64,000 nucleotides of DNA, from positions 1 to 64,000 of the forward strand of contig AP039706.1 of NCBI GenBank assembly GCA_051599415.1, written 5' to 3'. The notes under the pieces were generated by a model. It saw only the letters and a list, made by a program, of their open reading frames with translations. It ran no database searches and was not told where the DNA came from. Position numbers and translations under genes: made by a program. Shown here one piece after another: positions 1 through 10,098 of this stretch (position 1 is its first letter; every line of letters begins with the position of its first letter). Source of the stretch: Savitreella phatthalungensis (lineage: Eukaryota).

Positions 1-69
1 ATGTACCTCTACTTCGTTCAGTTACGTATTGCTAAGGTTAAGACTACTTTCTGCCTTTGCGAGAACAGC
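1..69 (+). other. Oxford Nanopore ligation adapter + native barcode (sequencing artefact)
   Basis: TACTTCGTTCAGTTACGTATTGCT (adapter end, 10-33), AAGGTTAA flank (34-41), 24-nt GACTACTTTCTGCCTTTGCGAGAA (42-65, recalled as native barcode NB06), then CAGC, the start of the CAGCACCT flank. Confidence 0.93.
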
Positions 70-157
70 CTAACCCTAACCCTAACCCTAACCCTAACCC
101 TAACCCTAACCCTAACCCTAACCCTAACCCTAACCCTAACCCTAACCCTAACCCTAA
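70..157 (+). repeat. Telomeric repeat, canonical (CCCTAA)n = TTAGGG, distal block
   Basis: 14 full CCCTAA units at 74-157 plus a partial unit; C-rich strand on + as expected at a left chromosome end. Confidence 0.97.
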
Positions 158-373
158 CCCTGACCCTGACCCTGACCCTGACCCTGACCCTGACCCTGAC
201 CCTGACCCTGACCCTGACCCTGACCCTGACCCTGACCCTGACCCTGACCCTGACCCTGACCCTGACCCTGACCCTGACCCTGACCCTGACCCTGACCCTG
301 ACCCTGACCCTGACCCTGACCCTGACCCTGACCCTGACCCTGACCCTGACCCTGACCCTCACCCTCACCCTGA
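158..373 (+). repeat. Variant telomeric repeat block (CCCTGA)33 (CCCTCA)2 CCCTGA
   Basis: 33 perfect CCCTGA units at 158-355, two CCCTCA at 356-367, one CCCTGA at 368-373, in phase with the CCCTAA block. Confidence 0.93.
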
Positions 374-732
374 CACACAAAAACTAACCGCCGTCAAACT
401 AACCAATGCCCCAACCCTTGCTCTGCTTTGCTCGCTTGCTTGCTCGCTTGCTTGCTTGCCTGCTAACCTTGTTTCTTTGCTCATGCCTGTTGTCTTGCTC
501 ACGCCTGCTGCCTTGCTGCAATACACTTGCCCGCATGCAAATGCGCCTGCTGGTCTTCAACATCATCATCATCTTGCCGTCTCTTTGCTGCTCCTCTCTC
601 CGCTGTACTCCTGCTCTCAATCCCTCATCTATCCGACACTCTTCCTCCTGTTTACCTGAATCATCCCATGCCATTTGCTCCGAACATTCCTACTGCTAAC
701 CGCTTTGCCATCTGTTTCATCTTCAACTGCAC

Positions 733-970
733 TGTCACCTGCCACACGCTGTTACCTGCATGTCACCTGCCACACGCTGTTGCCTGCATGTCACCTGTCA
801 CATGCTGTTACTTGCATGTCGCTTGTCAAATGATGTTATGTGCCCTGCCACCTGTCAAACATCTCTACCTGCAACACATCTGTCAACCGCCTTTACCTGC
901 AAAACATCTGTCAAATGCCATTACCTGCACCATCATCTGGCAAATGCTGTTGCCTGCACCGTCACCTGAC
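733..970. repeat. Subtelomeric ~28-bp minisatellite (TGTCACCTGCCACACGCTGTTACCTGCA-like), about 8 decaying copies
   Basis: Near-identical units at 733-760, 761-788 and 789-816; later copies progressively diverged. Confidence 0.8.
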
Positions 971-1539
971 CCACTGCCCTGCTCTGTGGCCTGGCATTTG
1001 TCAAAACCTTGATCTGCCAATTGCCGTTCACCTGTCATCTACTGTTTTCTGTTTCTGTCACTCACTATTGCCTGGACTGTGCCCTGTTTCATCACTTCAC
1101 TGCCATCTGTCAAATGCTGTCATCTGTTAAACACTGCAACATCACTTGATATATATCATTCCTGCACTGTCACTAATTGTTTGAACACCCGGCCCCTGCC
1201 GCTGACTTTGTCTCTGCTTGTCATAAAGACCACTTACTTGGCCCTGGTCTCATGCTGGCGCCTGTTATGCAACTCAATCAACTGCAATGTCACATGGGAT
1301 GCACTGTTCCATCCACTATTGCTTGTCAAATCCATTGCTGGCGCTGTGCTGTGTTGTGCCCTTTCCTCCACAACTCACTCTAATTCACTCTCACTTGCTC
1401 CTCTTGACTGTCTTGTGCACCGTCGCATGTACTTGCCACTGTCATGCACTGTAATCTGTCCACTATGTTGTGTCTGTGCCTGTCTGTGCTCCTTGTATGC
1501 CTCATTCAATTATTTAGTCTGTGCTTTATTGACTGTGAT

Positions 1540-1740
1540 GGCTGCTACTGCTACCACATGGACTACTTCCTCCATCATCTTCACTCATTCCAATACTGCC
1601 ACTACAACAGCTACTGCTGCATTCACTGCTGCTGCCGTTACTACTGCTGCATTCATTACTGCTGCTGTTCCTACTGCTGCTGCTACCACTGCTGCTACTA
1701 CCATCACCACCACTGCTGCTGCTGCTACTGCTGCTGGTGG
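1540..1740. repeat. Degenerate (GCT/ACT)n trinucleotide tract
   Basis: Long run of ctg/cta/cca triplets. Confidence 0.75.
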
Positions 1741-1824
1741 GTATGCTACAAAGTTGTTGAGCACTGCAGTTTGGGTTGCAGTGAGGTTTGAATTTGCTGT
1801 ATGCTGCAATTTGCTGTATGCTGC

Positions 1825-1925
1825 AATTTGGTTTGCAGCTTGGTTTTGCAGCTTGCTTTTGTAGTTTGGTTTTGCAGTTTGATTTTGCAGTTTGGTTTTG
1901 CAGCTTGGTTTTGCATTTTGGTTTC
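1825..1925. repeat. 13-bp tandem repeat (TTTTGCAGTTTGG-like), about 7 copies
   Basis: ttttgcagcttgc ttttgtagtttgg ttttgcagtttga ttttgcagtttgg ttttgcagcttgg ttttgcattttgg. Confidence 0.8.
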
Positions 1926-2955
1926 ACAGTCAGGTCCACAGATGCAGTTTGGGATGCAGATTGGGCTGCAGTCACGTCCAAATTTGCTGTGTGCTGCAGC
2001 TCTGGATGCAGGTTGGGATAAAGGTTGGGATACAATTTTGGACACATTGTGTTTCAAGATGCATTTTGGGATACAATTTGGTCTGTCCTTGCATGTCACA
2101 TCACATTTTGGGATGCCATGCAGTTTTTCATCCCTAAAATCAGGGGCTCAGTCTGGTTCCCGTAAGAATACTTTGGCATTTCTGAACGGAATATAATCAG
2201 TGATCAGTATTTGCCATGTCTATTAAAGCTGGCTGAAGGATGTCAATGCTCTGTCAATGCTCTTAACACACATGTTTCCGTGCTTCAGCACGCACTGCAA
2301 TCGTCAATGGCCGGTGCGAAAGCCATCGAAACGCTCACGTGGTCGCTGTGAGTCATGAGCTAGTGGCATTGACCTGCCACATGAAGCCAGATCACGTTTG
2401 CTGCATGCACTGTTACTTGTATTTTCACATCGACGGCGATCCTGACCATCTGCTGAGCTGGCTTGCATACATGTCCTTTTGTATCGCATTTCGCCAATTC
2501 TAGTTCCTTATATGTGCATATTTCTCCAGCATCTGTGCTCTGGATTTTGAATCAGACATGTCGAATGTCGCCCAAATGTACTCAGATAAGGACATTTCTG
2601 ACAATAATTGCTCTCTGTCTGGGACATTGAGAACAGTATGACAAATGAATTTGTGAATACAAATTGAACAAGCGTGTTAATACAGATAAGATTGAGACTG
2701 ACTGGCCGACAAGGTCACGCCATCAAACTTGATTCAAATTCGCAAAGTCTGACTTCTAGTGTGCTATCACATGATTCCAGACTGTTATTGAGACTGAGAG
2801 ATCAAGCAGCCGCACGTCACTCAGCTTTTCCATACACGTGACCGACAATCAGCTGTCGACATCACCCTCGTGAAATTCTTCATAGAGCTGTTAAGCAAAG
2901 CCTAGATAGTGTACCAGTGGCTAACGTTTCATGCCTGTAGATTATATCGCTGTTA

Positions 2956-4398
2956 CGGAGGACGGCCGCAGGACCCGAGAGCGACAGACAAAGCGACACA
3001 GACACAAGTCAGACGACACAGGAGGACACAGACGGAGTCTGCCAAGAAACACGGAGAGATACAAACAAATACAAACAGATACAGGGGGACTACAGGAGAC
3101 AGTCTAGGCAGTAACGCCAACCATGCTATCCCTGATACTTACCACAACTCTGCTGACGTGGCAGGTTGGTAGGGGGGTACAAGAGGACGCAACATGCCGT
3201 ACAAAGATGGCGTGCCAGATATCACCAATATCAGGACCTAGCACAATACAATACTATTTGACAGCTCCATACGGGGCTACTATTGTGTTATATGTAGACT
3301 GAGTGATGGGAAAGTGACAGCGTTGTGTACAAACCGTATACGATCGATGCGGGCCACAGAGTGGTCGCGACACAAACATTGCCTAGCCGACAGCTCCATA
3401 GGCCACAATCTTGTCACGCAAAGAGCCCAGTGTTTGCGACAGTGACGCCTCTATGTACAATTCTGTACGAGCAACCTGAACAACTAGATCGGTTGTGACA
3501 AGAAACGAATAGAAGAACTGCATCGAGCACAAAGATAGACACGGTAGATCATATTCTGTTCGCACAACAACGCCCAAACCTCAGCAAATGACGTCAAAGC
3601 TGCGATGACTTGGTCAATGAAAGAATCCACGAACCCTCGTCTACTATGCTGGGGCATACTCCGCGTTATCACCCCTGTGCTCGAGATTTCCTGGCTCGTG
3701 GTAGTGACTGCATCTCCTTGTTCTTAACGACTAGTTCCACCGCGACAGCGTACAGGTCATATATGGCGGGATTCCGGAGAATGACCGGGACGCTGCAGGC
3801 ATGTTTGTGGAATGCCGCAGGAGTGCACGTATTCTGCGTCAATCGTGCTTGATAGCCTTTGGCAGAGGGCGATTGCCAGTTGTTCGAAGCAGGCTGGTCT
3901 CGCTGCCTCAAACTCCTTGAGCCCATCGTGATTGAGCGTGGACAGGTGGCTGTCACGACCGGTGAAGTCGTTGAGGCTGATGATATATACTCGCACACGA
4001 CGCCGTCACTTCCGCAGTCATTTGTTCTATACATGTTAAGATTGTGAGCCCTCTAAAGCTCTCAAATAGTATTGTTCTGCGCGAAGTTCTAGTGTTGATT
4101 ATACCTTGCACGCCGTCTGTAACCTGTAGGCTGTGTCTTATCATGCATAAGTCCTATCTGCCACATCAGCAGTGACCTGCCAAGTCAGCAGAGTAGTGGT
4201 ATGTATCACTTATAGCATGGATTGGCGCCATCGACTTGGCCATACCTCTGGTAGTCCCTCTGCGTCGCTTCGTAGTTGTTCATAAGCGTTTGTGTCTGTT
4301 CATATTGTTCGATGAGCTCCGTGTGAGTCCTCCTGTGTTGTCTGGTTTGTGTCCGTGTCGCTTCGTCCGCCGTTCTCGGGTTCTGCGACTGTTCTCCG
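2956..4398. mobile_element. Degenerate long inverted-repeat element (possible non-autonomous DNA transposon)
   Basis: 2956-3166 aligns along its length, with mismatches and indels, to the reverse complement of 4175-4398; ~1-kb spacer with no recognisable transposase. Confidence 0.55.
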
Positions 4399-5887
4399 AG
4401 GCAATGGCCAGCGGGACAAATGACACATCAACCCTTGCTTTGAAAGTGCACTAGATTGATGTATTGCCATGCTCGGCTTGCTGTGCCATTGCAACGCCAG
4501 CCTGCAGATAGAGCCCAGTCACGTTCACGGGAATTTTCAAATGTTGTTGGGGCGATTTATTGCATCGTGGTGTTACTCCCGTGATCTTCTCGAGACAACA
4601 GAACCGTGCAATTAAGTGACTCTTCATTAGCTAGCAGTCGGAACAGTTTGTGGGCGACAATCTTGCGTTCGATGGGCCACAGGCGACAAAAAGTCGCTTC
4701 GTTGAGTGCGCGATAGTGGATCGAAACTTGTTTTCCTGGGAGACCTGACGACATAGACAGAGCATTGAACCACGCGTCGTCCGAGACTGGTCTCCGCTCG
4801 GAGTTGTCGATTGCCGGGAAGCGACAGAATCGCGGAAGAATCGCGATGTGCAGCTGCATCGCTACAAGTGTGACAGCCCAGGGGCTCTTTGTCGATAGCT
4901 TGCTGCTTTACGACCCATCGCGAATGCGCTAGCTATGTCACTTGACGACTCTCGCGCAATCGTCTAGCGGTCTATGAACTCCAGCTATCGTCCACTAAGA
5001 TGCTCCATCGGCCTGACAATCTCATCGATGTCGCCAGCGCGTGTGGTCGATTACAGCTTGACCGCAGTAGCTCGAGCGATCTGCGATTCGTGCGGCTTCC
5101 ACGGAACAGCGATGACGCCCTGAGGTTCACGTGGTCTCCCTGGTAATTAAGACCCTGGGTTAGACGAGTCGCTCACTGTATTTCAGCTATCTGATTGCGG
5201 CTCGAACATCCAGATTTATCCAGGTTCAGGGTCAGGGCTAAGGACATCATTCAACCCAGTCGCGAATAATAGCAGGGGTAGCGCGAATTACCAACCTGCA
5301 GGCACTTTTCTTTAGATGCAAGCTAGAAATGGCGGTGCCCCTTTGAAGGCACTCGAGCTTGTCAATTGAGTAAGCTTGATAGAATCTGATGGTTTTGATG
5401 ACAGTCTTGCCTGTATAGTCGGCAGCCATATCGAATCTTTCGGCCGGCGTTGGATTTCCAACACTGGATCGTGGCCAAAAGGACGACGCATTCCGACCGA
5501 AGTGGAAGATTGTCCAACACTCAGGTCTCCACGGTCCACTTCGTTGGTAATGCACAAGCTTTGAATGTGAGGGAAGCGCTCGCAGACGCTTTGGTGGTCT
5601 GATTATGCGGGGAAGCGCGCGTTCCGTCAAAATTGTATTCCGCTATCACTAGACTCGCGCAGTATTACCTGAAATGACGCCGAAAGTGTCGATCACGGAG
5701 GAAAATCTCTCGATATAGCCGGGCATCTATTCGAAGCGTATGAATTTTGACAGGTCAATCAAAGACATGATGATCGACAGGGAGCGGCTCCGGGCCGGTA
5801 CTCCACAATCCAAATCAGGTAATGCAACGAGCCGGTAAGACGCATACATAATGAGGTGGATCGGTCAGGTCAAAAGTTTGCAATATC

Positions 5888-7345
5888 ATGCTCTTCCTAC
5901 TGCCGGTAGCGTCCGCGCTATCGTTGGCGACCAGCTCACCTGGTCAACAGGCATGCACTGACCTCGCGTCGTCCCTCGGCGCTAACAAGGTTGTCACGTC
6001 TTCTCTGAATCCGAACTACGTCTATTCGCACTACCACTACTGGAATTACCGTGTCGGACGGCAACAAGATCCGGACTGTATTGTATATCCTGAGAATGCG
6101 CAGGACGTGTCGGTGGCGCTCAAGGCGATCAAGGCTCGCGGCTCCCACTTTGCCATCAAGGCAGGTGGTCACAACGGAAACCGTGGCTTCTCGTCGTGCC
6201 CCGATGGTGGCCCGTTGATCCATTTGATCAACATGCGAAAGATGTCCTACGATCCTACGACAGACTTGGCCACATACGAGCCAGGGCCCACATATGGTGA
6301 GATCTACAATTACTTCGTCCAGTACAACAGAACAGTCGTTGGAGGCAGACTTGCAGGTGTCGGAACCGGCTTGGGGCTTGGCGGTGGTCTGTCGTATCTG
6401 TCTGGACAATATGGCTTAGCTGTCGACAACTTCCGGCAATTAGAGGTCGTACTGCCCAGCGGTGAGATTGTGACCACCAACAAGGACACTTTGCCTGACC
6501 TCTTCTTCGCGATGCGGGGCGGCGGTGGTAACGCATTTGGAGTTGTGACAAAGTACACTGTCCAGGCACGACCTGTCGGCACCTTCAACGCTGGCAACAT
6601 CATTTACGCCACCGGCGGCCCGTCAGAGCGCGCAAATCAAGCCGTTCACGACTTCATGCTGTACAACACCGATCCAAAGGCTGCGATTATCGGCACATGG
6701 GAGAAGGTCCCTGTACCCGACCTTGCGACACACCTGAACGAGGCATACATCCTCTTTCTCGTTTACGACGGACCGGACCCCGGCCATGCCTACGACAGCT
6801 TCACTGCTATTCCGCACTTACTCGATACTCGCAGACAACTCACCTATCCTGAAGCCGCAAATATCGTACCGTTCGCGACAGACCTTTCGGCTGCCGACAA
6901 CATTTTCCGCGTTAGCGCTCACCATGTGACAGATTCTAGCTACATCACTGCGCCACAGGCCTGGAGGCAATGGTCAGAAGATAATGCTGGCAAATGGAGT
7001 TTGCTGTCCATGGATTTCCAGCCAATCCCAAAATCGCTCACAGATGCCTCGAGGGCGCAAGGTGGAAATGCCATCAATTCCCCGGATGGACCTTACTACT
7101 GGCTAAACTACATTTTGGCGACTCCGCCGACGCTCAGCGACGCAGACTACAACGCCGTCCAAGCCTCGTTCAAGCAGCTTGTCGAGAGTTCCACGCGTGC
7201 ACCTGACTTGCCGCTGTTCTTGAACGATGCAAGCAGGGATCAGGATCCACTTGCTACATTCAACACATACGCGCAACTCCAGGCTATCAAGGCCAAGTAC
7301 GATCCGGATAACTTCTTCAAGAAATACACTGGAGGCTGGTTTTAA
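5888..7345 (+). CDS. Secreted FAD-linked oxidoreductase (BBE/VAO-type FAD-binding fold), 485 aa
   Basis: Signal peptide MLFLLPVASALSLA; AIKAGGH flavinylation-type motif; GLGLGGG, DLFFAMRGGGGNAFGVVT, C-terminal KAKYDPDNFF. Confidence 0.9.
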   Translation: MLFLLPVASALSLATSSPGQQACTDLASSLGANKVVTSSLNPNYVYSHYHYWNYRVGRQQDPDCIVYPENAQDVSVALKAIKARGSHFAIKAGGHNGNRGFSSCPDGGPLIHLINMRKMSYDPTTDLATYEPGPTYGEIYNYFVQYNRTVVGGRLAGVGTGLGLGGGLSYLSGQYGLAVDNFRQLEVVLPSGEIVTTNKDTLPDLFFAMRGGGGNAFGVVTKYTVQARPVGTFNAGNIIYATGGPSERANQAVHDFMLYNTDPKAAIIGTWEKVPVPDLATHLNEAYILFLVYDGPDPGHAYDSFTAIPHLLDTRRQLTYPEAANIVPFATDLSAADNIFRVSAHHVTDSSYITAPQAWRQWSEDNAGKWSLLSMDFQPIPKSLTDASRAQGGNAINSPDGPYYWLNYILATPPTLSDADYNAVQASFKQLVESSTRAPDLPLFLNDASRDQDPLATFNTYAQLQAIKAKYDPDNFFKKYTGGWF

Positions 7346-7538
7346 GAGTGGAATACAATCGATCGGACATGTCCACCCGTCTGTTTCAATTTTCGGAGTT
7401 CAAATCAATTTGTTGAGGTTTACAATTCTTTCCATGTAGGTTGTCGAGATGTCACTCTGTTTTGCATGTGCCCCTAGCTTTGATGAAAGAATTCGTTCCG
7501 GTGAGCGCCAGCAGCGCCTACGGAGCAGGTGAGCCACA

Positions 7539-9413
7539 ATGATGAATTTCGGCATATGCGCCGTTGTTCAGGTGAAAGAACAGATTGGACTATGCTTTCT
7601 TGGCGATCGATGTGAGACGGTCGAGCTGCACGATACGCTCGGCCTTCCGCGGACGTGTGAGGAGATCTCCATACGCAATATTGATGAGGTGCTCGTGCCG
7701 TCTCATGGAATGCTGTCACGCGTACTCTCGGCCAAATACAAGACACGCGTTGGCTCATTTGGGAGTGGTACGCCGGCAGAAATGGCTCTCTCAGCGTGCG
7801 TAGCAGACGTGGGATATATGCCGGAGCAGGTATGCTCCACGAGCCCCTTGAATACGATGGCACTTGATCCGGGCAGTCTTCTATGCTTAGAAGAGCTTGC
7901 ACGGGCGACCGCTTTACCGCGGACCGCTGCGGGTAAGCGCAGACTGTACGCATGGCTGCGACACCCGCTAGCGAATGAGGCATTATTGATGCAGAGACGT
8001 GGAGCAGTCTCGGCTATGACCCAACGTCTTCAAATAGACTCGACACCTGAGATTTTTGGTGGCTCAGATCTGGCGTCTCGATTACAACACCTGGCCTCGC
8101 TGTCGCGCTTCTTAGAATCAATTCGAGGCGTGATTGTGCCACCATCGACATTTCTGTCCGCCGCGGCGGATTGCATTGCCGACCAGGAGCTCGACGATGT
8201 TCGACTTTGCCTAAGTGCCCTCGATTTTGATGTGAGCGGGAGGACAAATCTTGCATGTTACGGCGTACGCTCAGGTGTCAACGGCTTGCTGGATGCGACA
8301 CGCGAAGTCTATCGATCGGCAGTTTCCGCTGCCGTTGAGATGGCGATGGAGAGTGGCGTCGAGCTCAAGTTTGACTCGAGGACGGGAATCTGCTCCTTCC
8401 TCGCGCCCAAGGAGAATGCGTTGTCTGCAGCTGCTAAAACCAGCGCCATTCATTCCCGCAGAGCCTCGGGTCATAAGGTGGCATTCACAACCGAAACGCT
8501 GATGAAAGTGAATGCGCGTATTCGCGAATCCCTGGAGCAGGCCATCGAGTTGAGTCTGGAGACGCTCGATGAGATCGACACTGACCTTGCCCGGCGTCTC
8601 CCAAAACTTGCTACTGCGATCGACGCTGTCACATTTTTGGACGTGGTAGGAGCGCTCGTGCAGCACGGCACGGCTGCGCAGATAAGCAGCACTCTGACCA
8701 TTGAACAGGGGAGACATCCTTTATTGGAAAGCGTGCCGAACGACGTGAATCTCTCATCGAACGCACTTTTGCTCGTCTCTGGACCCAACATGTCTGGCAA
8801 GACGACGTATTTAAGCATGCTTACTGCACTCGTGATACAATCACAGGCAGGAGCGATGGTCGGCGCAGCTGCCGTCACGAGCCCAATATTCTCCGGCGTG
8901 ATCTGTTGCGGCGGAGAAATCGTCCCTGCTGAAGCATCTAGCTTTCTGACCGAGATGCGGCGTTTACAGTTGGCGCTGCGTCTAGCGAGTGACGAGTCGC
9001 TCGTGGTGGTTGATGAGCTTGGCAGAAGCACCTCGACATTGGATGCGGAGGCTATTATTGGGGCAACGTGCATGGCACTGCAAAAGACTGGTGTCCGGGC
9101 CATCCTGGCCACCCATCTGTCGGAGCTGGTTGAAGCGGTCCGTGATCTGCCCGGTTGCGATTCGATATCATTTGGCGGCGAGCTGAGAAATAATCGCATG
9201 TGCATGCCCTTCAAGACAGCTTCCGGCAAGGTGAAAAATTACGGGCTGGAAATAGCACGCACTGTTCTCGATCGCCGCATCGTGAATCGTGCGGAAGCCC
9301 TGCTTGCGCGTCGCCCTCTGAGAGAACGCCTGCGTGACATTTCAGCTTCTGACACCCTTGACACGCTTAGCTCTCTCCTCTCTCTCCAGAGCTCTCTTGC
9401 AGTTCAAGGATAA
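7539..9413 (+). CDS. MSH4: MutS-family meiotic protein, MSH4-like, short (624 aa)
   Basis: Walker A GPNMSGKTTY, SSFLTEM, DELGRSTS, LATH; GVNGLLDATRE segment typical of MSH4. Confidence 0.8.
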   Translation: MMNFGICAVVQVKEQIGLCFLGDRCETVELHDTLGLPRTCEEISIRNIDEVLVPSHGMLSRVLSAKYKTRVGSFGSGTPAEMALSACVADVGYMPEQVCSTSPLNTMALDPGSLLCLEELARATALPRTAAGKRRLYAWLRHPLANEALLMQRRGAVSAMTQRLQIDSTPEIFGGSDLASRLQHLASLSRFLESIRGVIVPPSTFLSAAADCIADQELDDVRLCLSALDFDVSGRTNLACYGVRSGVNGLLDATREVYRSAVSAAVEMAMESGVELKFDSRTGICSFLAPKENALSAAAKTSAIHSRRASGHKVAFTTETLMKVNARIRESLEQAIELSLETLDEIDTDLARRLPKLATAIDAVTFLDVVGALVQHGTAAQISSTLTIEQGRHPLLESVPNDVNLSSNALLLVSGPNMSGKTTYLSMLTALVIQSQAGAMVGAAAVTSPIFSGVICCGGEIVPAEASSFLTEMRRLQLALRLASDESLVVVDELGRSTSTLDAEAIIGATCMALQKTGVRAILATHLSELVEAVRDLPGCDSISFGGELRNNRMCMPFKTASGKVKNYGLEIARTVLDRRIVNRAEALLARRPLRERLRDISASDTLDTLSSLLSLQSSLAVQG

Positions 9414-9423
9414 GAGCCGTCCA

Positions 9424-10098
9424 TTAGGCAACACGTCTGATGGGTATCTTTATCCCCTGCTGAGCGAACTTGCGTGATAGTTCTGTGCTCTCAATCATAC
9501 CGGGGAATTTCTTCGCAGAGTAAACCACGAACGGGTCGGAAAAGACACTGCATAGGACTGGCACACTGCCACTTGTTATGAGCTTGTGCGAGGGGCCCGC
9601 GAGATCAACAAAGGTGAATTTGAGCCTGAATGTGCCTTCCGTCCGGACGCTGAGATCCTGAAGGACGAACCAGATACCAAGACGGTCCTGATTGTCGTAG
9701 AGCTTGTACGCGCTTGTTGCCAGGCTGCCGATCAGGTTGCGAGTGATGCTGCCCGGAGCTGCATCCTCTAGAGGGTCTCCGCCGGACTCTGGAGAGGCGC
9801 CACCGGACGGAATCGCGCTGTGATGCATGACAAGGTTGACCTCCGTTCCAGCAGCCTCATCCCATAAGTCTACGGAGAGAATAAAGAATGAGGTGTCAAT
9901 CTCACTGACATCGACGGGCTGTCCGGTAAGACGATCGGTCACCAGCAGACGTAGACACGGAGGTGGCGTAATGGGTCGTCTATCTTTGTCGCCGAAGCCA
10001 CACATTCGCGCGCGCTGAGGCTGCTGTCCCAACTCAAGCGCAAAGGAGATCCGAGCGGAGCCCATAACACCGTCTGACTGTTGCGCGTCGCCTCGCAT
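9424..10098 (-). CDS. Velvet-domain transcription factor, VelB-like, 224 aa
   Basis: QQPQRARMCGFGDKDRRPITPPP, TRNLIGSL, WFVLQDLSVRTEGTFRLKF, YSAKKFPGMIEST. Confidence 0.92.
   Translation of the reverse strand: MRGDAQQSDGVMGSARISFALELGQQPQRARMCGFGDKDRRPITPPPCLRLLVTDRLTGQPVDVSEIDTSFFILSVDLWDEAAGTEVNLVMHHSAIPSGGASPESGGDPLEDAAPGSITRNLIGSLATSAYKLYDNQDRLGIWFVLQDLSVRTEGTFRLKFTFVDLAGPSHKLITSGSVPVLCSVFSDPFVVYSAKKFPGMIESTELSRKFAQQGIKIPIRRVA

Noticed and set aside
1..659. ORFs with LT, NP, DP, VR and GQ dipeptide repeats
   Set aside because: Translations of the adapter and telomeric hexamers, not genes
733..970. 28-bp repeats as a possible CRISPR array
   Set aside because: Units are directly tandem with no unique spacers; eukaryotic context and no cas genes
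399..2196. Many Cys/Leu/Ala-rich ORFs in the subtelomere
   Set aside because: Products of low-complexity repeats; no domain or gene-like codon usage recognised
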